A stretch of 34,883 nt of DNA from the NCBI RefSeq assembly GCF_001194135.2, contig NC_068996.1, positions 30,051,298-30,086,180 of the forward strand. The letters are read 5' to 3'. The notes beneath the pieces were generated by a model, which saw only the letters and a program-made list of their open reading frames with translations, did no database searches and was not told the origin of the DNA. This document shows, one piece after another, positions 31,500 to 34,883 of the stretch (positions are counted from its first letter, which is position 1; the number at the start of each line of letters is the position of its first letter). The position numbers and the translations under genes were made by a program. The stretch is from Octopus bimaculoides. Lineage: Eukaryota.

Positions 31500-32420
31500 T
31501 CCTGGCATGTGATAGAAGCTGTTTTCTGCACATTTTCAGTGTTTATTGCTCCTGTGCATCTGCCATACACATAAAGACTATCTTCTCAGTTAGCCTTTCT
31601 TTGATATTGTTGCACCTCTTATGTGTCCATATCTTACACCAGGTACATCTTAGGGACTTTCTACTTACGCCTTTTCTTCAGATCGAGCAGGACCATCTAC
31701 CTACTCACTAACACTTGGGTTTTTGCTACATTGACTCTAAGGCCCTTTAACATCTAAAACTTCTCCTCTAGTTCTGATAGAGACTTAACTGTTAGAGTAA
31801 GGTCTTGAATTCCTCTCTTATTGCCTGGAGAACTATGATGAATAAGAACAGGGCTGAGGACTGATCCTTGGTGAACTCTACCCTAAATTCTTCACTGTGC
31901 TTGTTGTCAACCCTCACCTTACTGGTAATGTCTCTGTATATGGCTTGTATAGCTTTCACTAACCACTCATCTATCCCTAGTTTCTGCATTGACCACCAGG
32001 TAAGGGATCTGGAGACCCTGTCAAAGGCTTTCTACATGTCAACGAGAGCCAAGTACAGAGGTTTATTTTTGGTTATGTATTTCTCCTGCAGCTGTCTTAC
32101 CAGAAATACAGTGGTGCTTCTTCCTGGCACAAATCCAAACTACTTCTCGTCTAAACTAATTATCTCCCTAATTAGTTGGGCTATGACCCTCTCCATGACT
32201 TTCATCACCTGACCCAACAATTTGATACTTCGGTAATTATTTGTAATTACCTTTGTAGCAGTTGACTATGGTGCTGCTATACCAGTCATTGGGTATGACT
32301 CCTTCTTGTATCACCTGGTTGACTATATGGGTGACTAGACTGTTGCCTACACCACCAGATATTTTAAACTTCTCTGCAATGATTCCTGATGGGCTGGGGG
32401 CTTTCCCTGTCTTCATACCC
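31500..32420 (-). mobile_element. RTE LINE RT relic with a decayed PHD-finger segment and internal deletions
   Basis: MKTGKAPSPSGII..IPNDWYSSTIVNCYKG; QKLGIDEWLVKAIQAIY..LFIIVLQAIREEF; RCTWCKIWTHKRC at about 31555-31690. Confidence 0.9.
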
Positions 32421-32454
32421 TTCATACCCAAAAGTGTGTATACATATATATGAG

Positions 32455-32578
32455 TGTAGTACAAAAACCCCGTAGTTAAAGTGTAAAAGAGGACAAAACC
32501 CCTCTGGTTATGTTTTTTGGTTATTTTTTTGTTTCTTTTCTCCCTTTTCTTGTTTCAGTCATTAGACTGTGGCCATGA
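32455..32578. mobile_element. Left-end fragment of the GGACAAAA TIR family followed by a SINE tail fragment
   Basis: gagtgtagtacaaaaaccccgtagttaaagtgtaaaagaggacaaaacccc; cttgtttcagtcattagactgtggccatg. Confidence 0.55.
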
Positions 32579-32951
32579 AGAAAGTGTCATTCTGTCTTTC
32601 TCTGTTGTTGCTGTTGAAATGACAAGCAGAACATTGGTATCTGTCTGTCCTTCTCCTCTATTTCACTATCTCTATCTACCTAAACAATAAACAACAAAAT
32701 CAGTAGAAAATGTTGTTTTATTTGCTGTTGCCTTTGTCTAACCCATAACAAAAGTCTTTCTGAAGTTAGCTAGTAAAAGTTATAAATATCATAGTCACTT
32801 CTTGTCGTCTTCTTCATCTCACCAATTACTTCGAAGTCATCTCTTTCACTAACTGCCTATTGCTTACGAAGCTTTCAGAATTTATTCTTGCAACACTGAG
32901 AAAGAGGGACATAATGCTCTGAAAGGAATAGGAACTGCTGTAGGTACTTAC

Positions 32952-33094
32952 CTTATCTCCTGCCAAATATTGTTTTGCATTGGAAGCATTAAAAGAGTCA
33001 AGCGGAGAGTACATAAATCGGTTTGGCATAGGCCATGTGTTGAGTGTCTCAGCTGTCAACTCTTGTCTTTCTGTGATAAAGTGGTGTTGTACGT
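32952..33094 (-). CDS. Probable internal coding exon of an unidentified host gene: (D)VQHHFITERQELTAETLNTWPMPNRFMYSPLDSFNASNAKQYLAGDK
   Basis: Unique, non-repeat sequence with acceptor tttcctttAG (alternative ctacAG at 33106) and a perfect donor AAG|GTAAGT. 143 nt, phase 1 to 0, stop-free. Product not recognised. Confidence 0.5.
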
Positions 33095-33213
33095 CTAAAG
33101 GAAATTCTGTAGATTCAGGTTTGAATCAATATGCCTAAATGAAAATTCACTTTCTTCTTTCCAGGTAAAACATTACCAACATGTGTATATACATGTGTGT
33201 ATGTAAAATATAT

Positions 33214-33611
33214 CTCTCTTTTACTTGTTTCAGTCATTTGACTGCGGCCATGCTGGAGCACCACCTTTAGTCGAGCAAATTGACCCTGGGACTTATTCTT
33301 TGTAAGCCTAGTACTTATTCTATCAGTCTCTTTTGCCGAACCGCTAAGTGACGGGGACATAAACACACCAGCATCGGTTGTCAAGCAATGCTAGGGGGAC
33401 AAACACAGACACACAAACACACACACATATATATATATACATATATACGACGGGCTTCTTCCAGTTTCCGTCTACCAAATCCACTCACAAGGCTTTGGTC
33501 AGCCCGAGGCTATAGTAGAAGACACTTGCCCAAGGTGCCACGCAGTGGGACTGAACCCGAAACCATGTGGTTGGTAAGCAGGCTACTTACCACACAGCCA
33601 CTCCTGCGCCT
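33214..33611 (-). mobile_element. Full-length tRNA-derived SINE with an internal (TA)/(TG) microsatellite
   Basis: Head ggcgcaggagTGGCTGTGTGG (A box, 33600-33590) and GGTTCAGTCCC (B box, 33557-33547); body gcaccttgggcaagtgtcttctactatagcc; tail gcatggccgcagtcaaatgactgaaacaagtaaaa. Confidence 0.92.
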
Positions 33612-33623
33612 TATATATATATA

Positions 33624-33790
33624 TTCTTTTATTCTTTTAGTTGTCTCAGTCATTTGACTGTGCTGTGCTGGAGCACTGCCTTTAATCAAGCAAATCGGCC
33701 TCAACACTTATTCTTTGTAAGCCTAGTACTTATCCTTTCGCCCTCTCTTGTTGAACTGGTAAGTTATGGGGATGTAAAAACACCAGCTGC
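33624..33790 (-). mobile_element. 3' fragment of the same SINE family
   Basis: cagtcatttgactg..gctggagcactgcctt..ttattctttgtaagcctagtacttat. Confidence 0.85.
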
Positions 33791-33957
33791 AGTCTGTTGC
33801 TGTCATTTAAAACCGGTTGCTTTCTTTCCCCAGCAAACTCTCTTCTTTGGAAGCATAATCTATGTATATATTAAACAGAACAACAAAAGTTATAATAGAT
33901 GGCAGGGTCGGTACTTTTCACATATCTGTAATTTTTCAGATTAACACCCGCACGATT

Positions 33958-34092
33958 ACCCAACCCTAATCCTAACACTAACCCTAACATTAACCCTAAC
34001 CCTAACACCCTAATCCTGACCCTAAAACCATAACACTAATCCTAACCCTAACCCTAAACCCTAACCCTAAAACCCTACCACTAACACCCTAG
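33958..34092 (+). repeat. Degenerate interstitial telomeric repeat (CCCTAA)n
   Basis: Run of aaccct/aatcct/aacact hexamers. Confidence 0.9.
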
Positions 34093-34399
34093 TGAAAATC
34101 GTGGTATATTTACAAAGCATTGACGAACATGAGTTATATTTTACTGAATGATTGTGTACTTGCACGTGTATGCGTTTGAGCAAGCGAGAGAGGAAGAGGT
34201 AGAGAGAGGGGGAGAAAGGAATAGAGGTAGTTAAAAGTTTTCTTATGACTGCTTCTCTTCACTGCCTATTACTTCATTAGAAATCTATGGTTGCACTTAC
34301 ACACATAATAGAGAAAAATTAAACAAATATGGATGACTTGCTCCAAAACACCACCGAGTGGGGAACACTTCTCAAAAATAACCTGCAGTTGTTTCCTTC

Positions 34400-34663
34400 A
34401 AGATTCCTACATGCTCGAAATGTACATACATCAAGGTATTTTTGTAGAAAATTTCACGAAAAAATATTCATTTTCCAGGAAGTTAAGAATTTAAGTGGAA
34501 TTTCCGAATATTGTACCCCACCCCCTCCCAAAACACTTTCACCGAAAATGTTTGTATATTCGGAATCTGCATAATAAATAATATATGCATAGAAAATTTC
34601 ATTAAAAAATATTCATTTTTCTGAAAGTTATGACCTTCCAAATTCGGTGGGTACAACTCTGTA
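34400..34663 (-). mobile_element. MITE-like element homologous to 6171-6480
   Basis: Reverse complement tacagagttgtacccaccgaatttggaaggtcataactttcagaaaaatgaatattttttaatgaaattttc aligns with 6171 onward. Confidence 0.65.
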
Positions 34664-34883
34664 GTTATGCCACATTGACGAACGTGAATGATTGTGTTTA
34701 CTTGCACGTGTATGTTGTTGTCACAGATTACGTATGTGGGGTTGTGTGTGTTTTTACGTATCAATGTTATGAAAAATAGGTAAAGAATACTGAGAGGAAA
34801 GTTTAATCTATGACTTTGTATGTATCACTTTCTCTCTCTGTTGAGCGAGGGTGTAAGAACGCTGTTCCAGGTAGAAGGGAAGA

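Noticed and set aside
33510-33620. tRNA gene at the SINE head
   Set aside because: A and B boxes are present but run directly into the SINE body and tail found in several copies in the window. No complete cloverleaf or poly-T terminator.
34329-34574. 81-aa ORF MDDLLQNTTEWG...
   Set aside because: Runs into the MITE-like repeat, with no convincing splice or homology support.

Overview
Eukaryotic, AT-rich genomic DNA with three assembly gaps (7056-7698, 21290-21389, 27368-27674). The SINE and LINE families resemble those I recall from coleoid cephalopods, probably Octopus; this is an inference and was not checked by search. Most of the window is decayed, nested transposon sequence: several RTE-clade LINE pieces (two with a C4HC3 PHD finger inside the RT region), a long CR1/L2-group LINE relic carrying three later inserts, an R4/Dong-like RLE LINE, two Penelope-like relics (one with an inverted terminal repeat and a decayed hammerhead-like core), hAT, maT (DD37D) and mariner transposase relics, a Helitron RepHel relic, tRNA-derived SINEs, MITE-like elements and an interstitial (CCCTAA)n tract. 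No complete host gene could be built. The best non-TE signals are a CpG-retaining, probably bidirectional promoter at about 12.3-12.7 kb, an 80-nt C/D-box-like 51-nt dimer just downstream on the minus strand, and an unassigned probable coding exon at 32952-33094 (-). I found no convincing novel multi-gene system. All family calls come from manual translation and motif recognition, not database searches.
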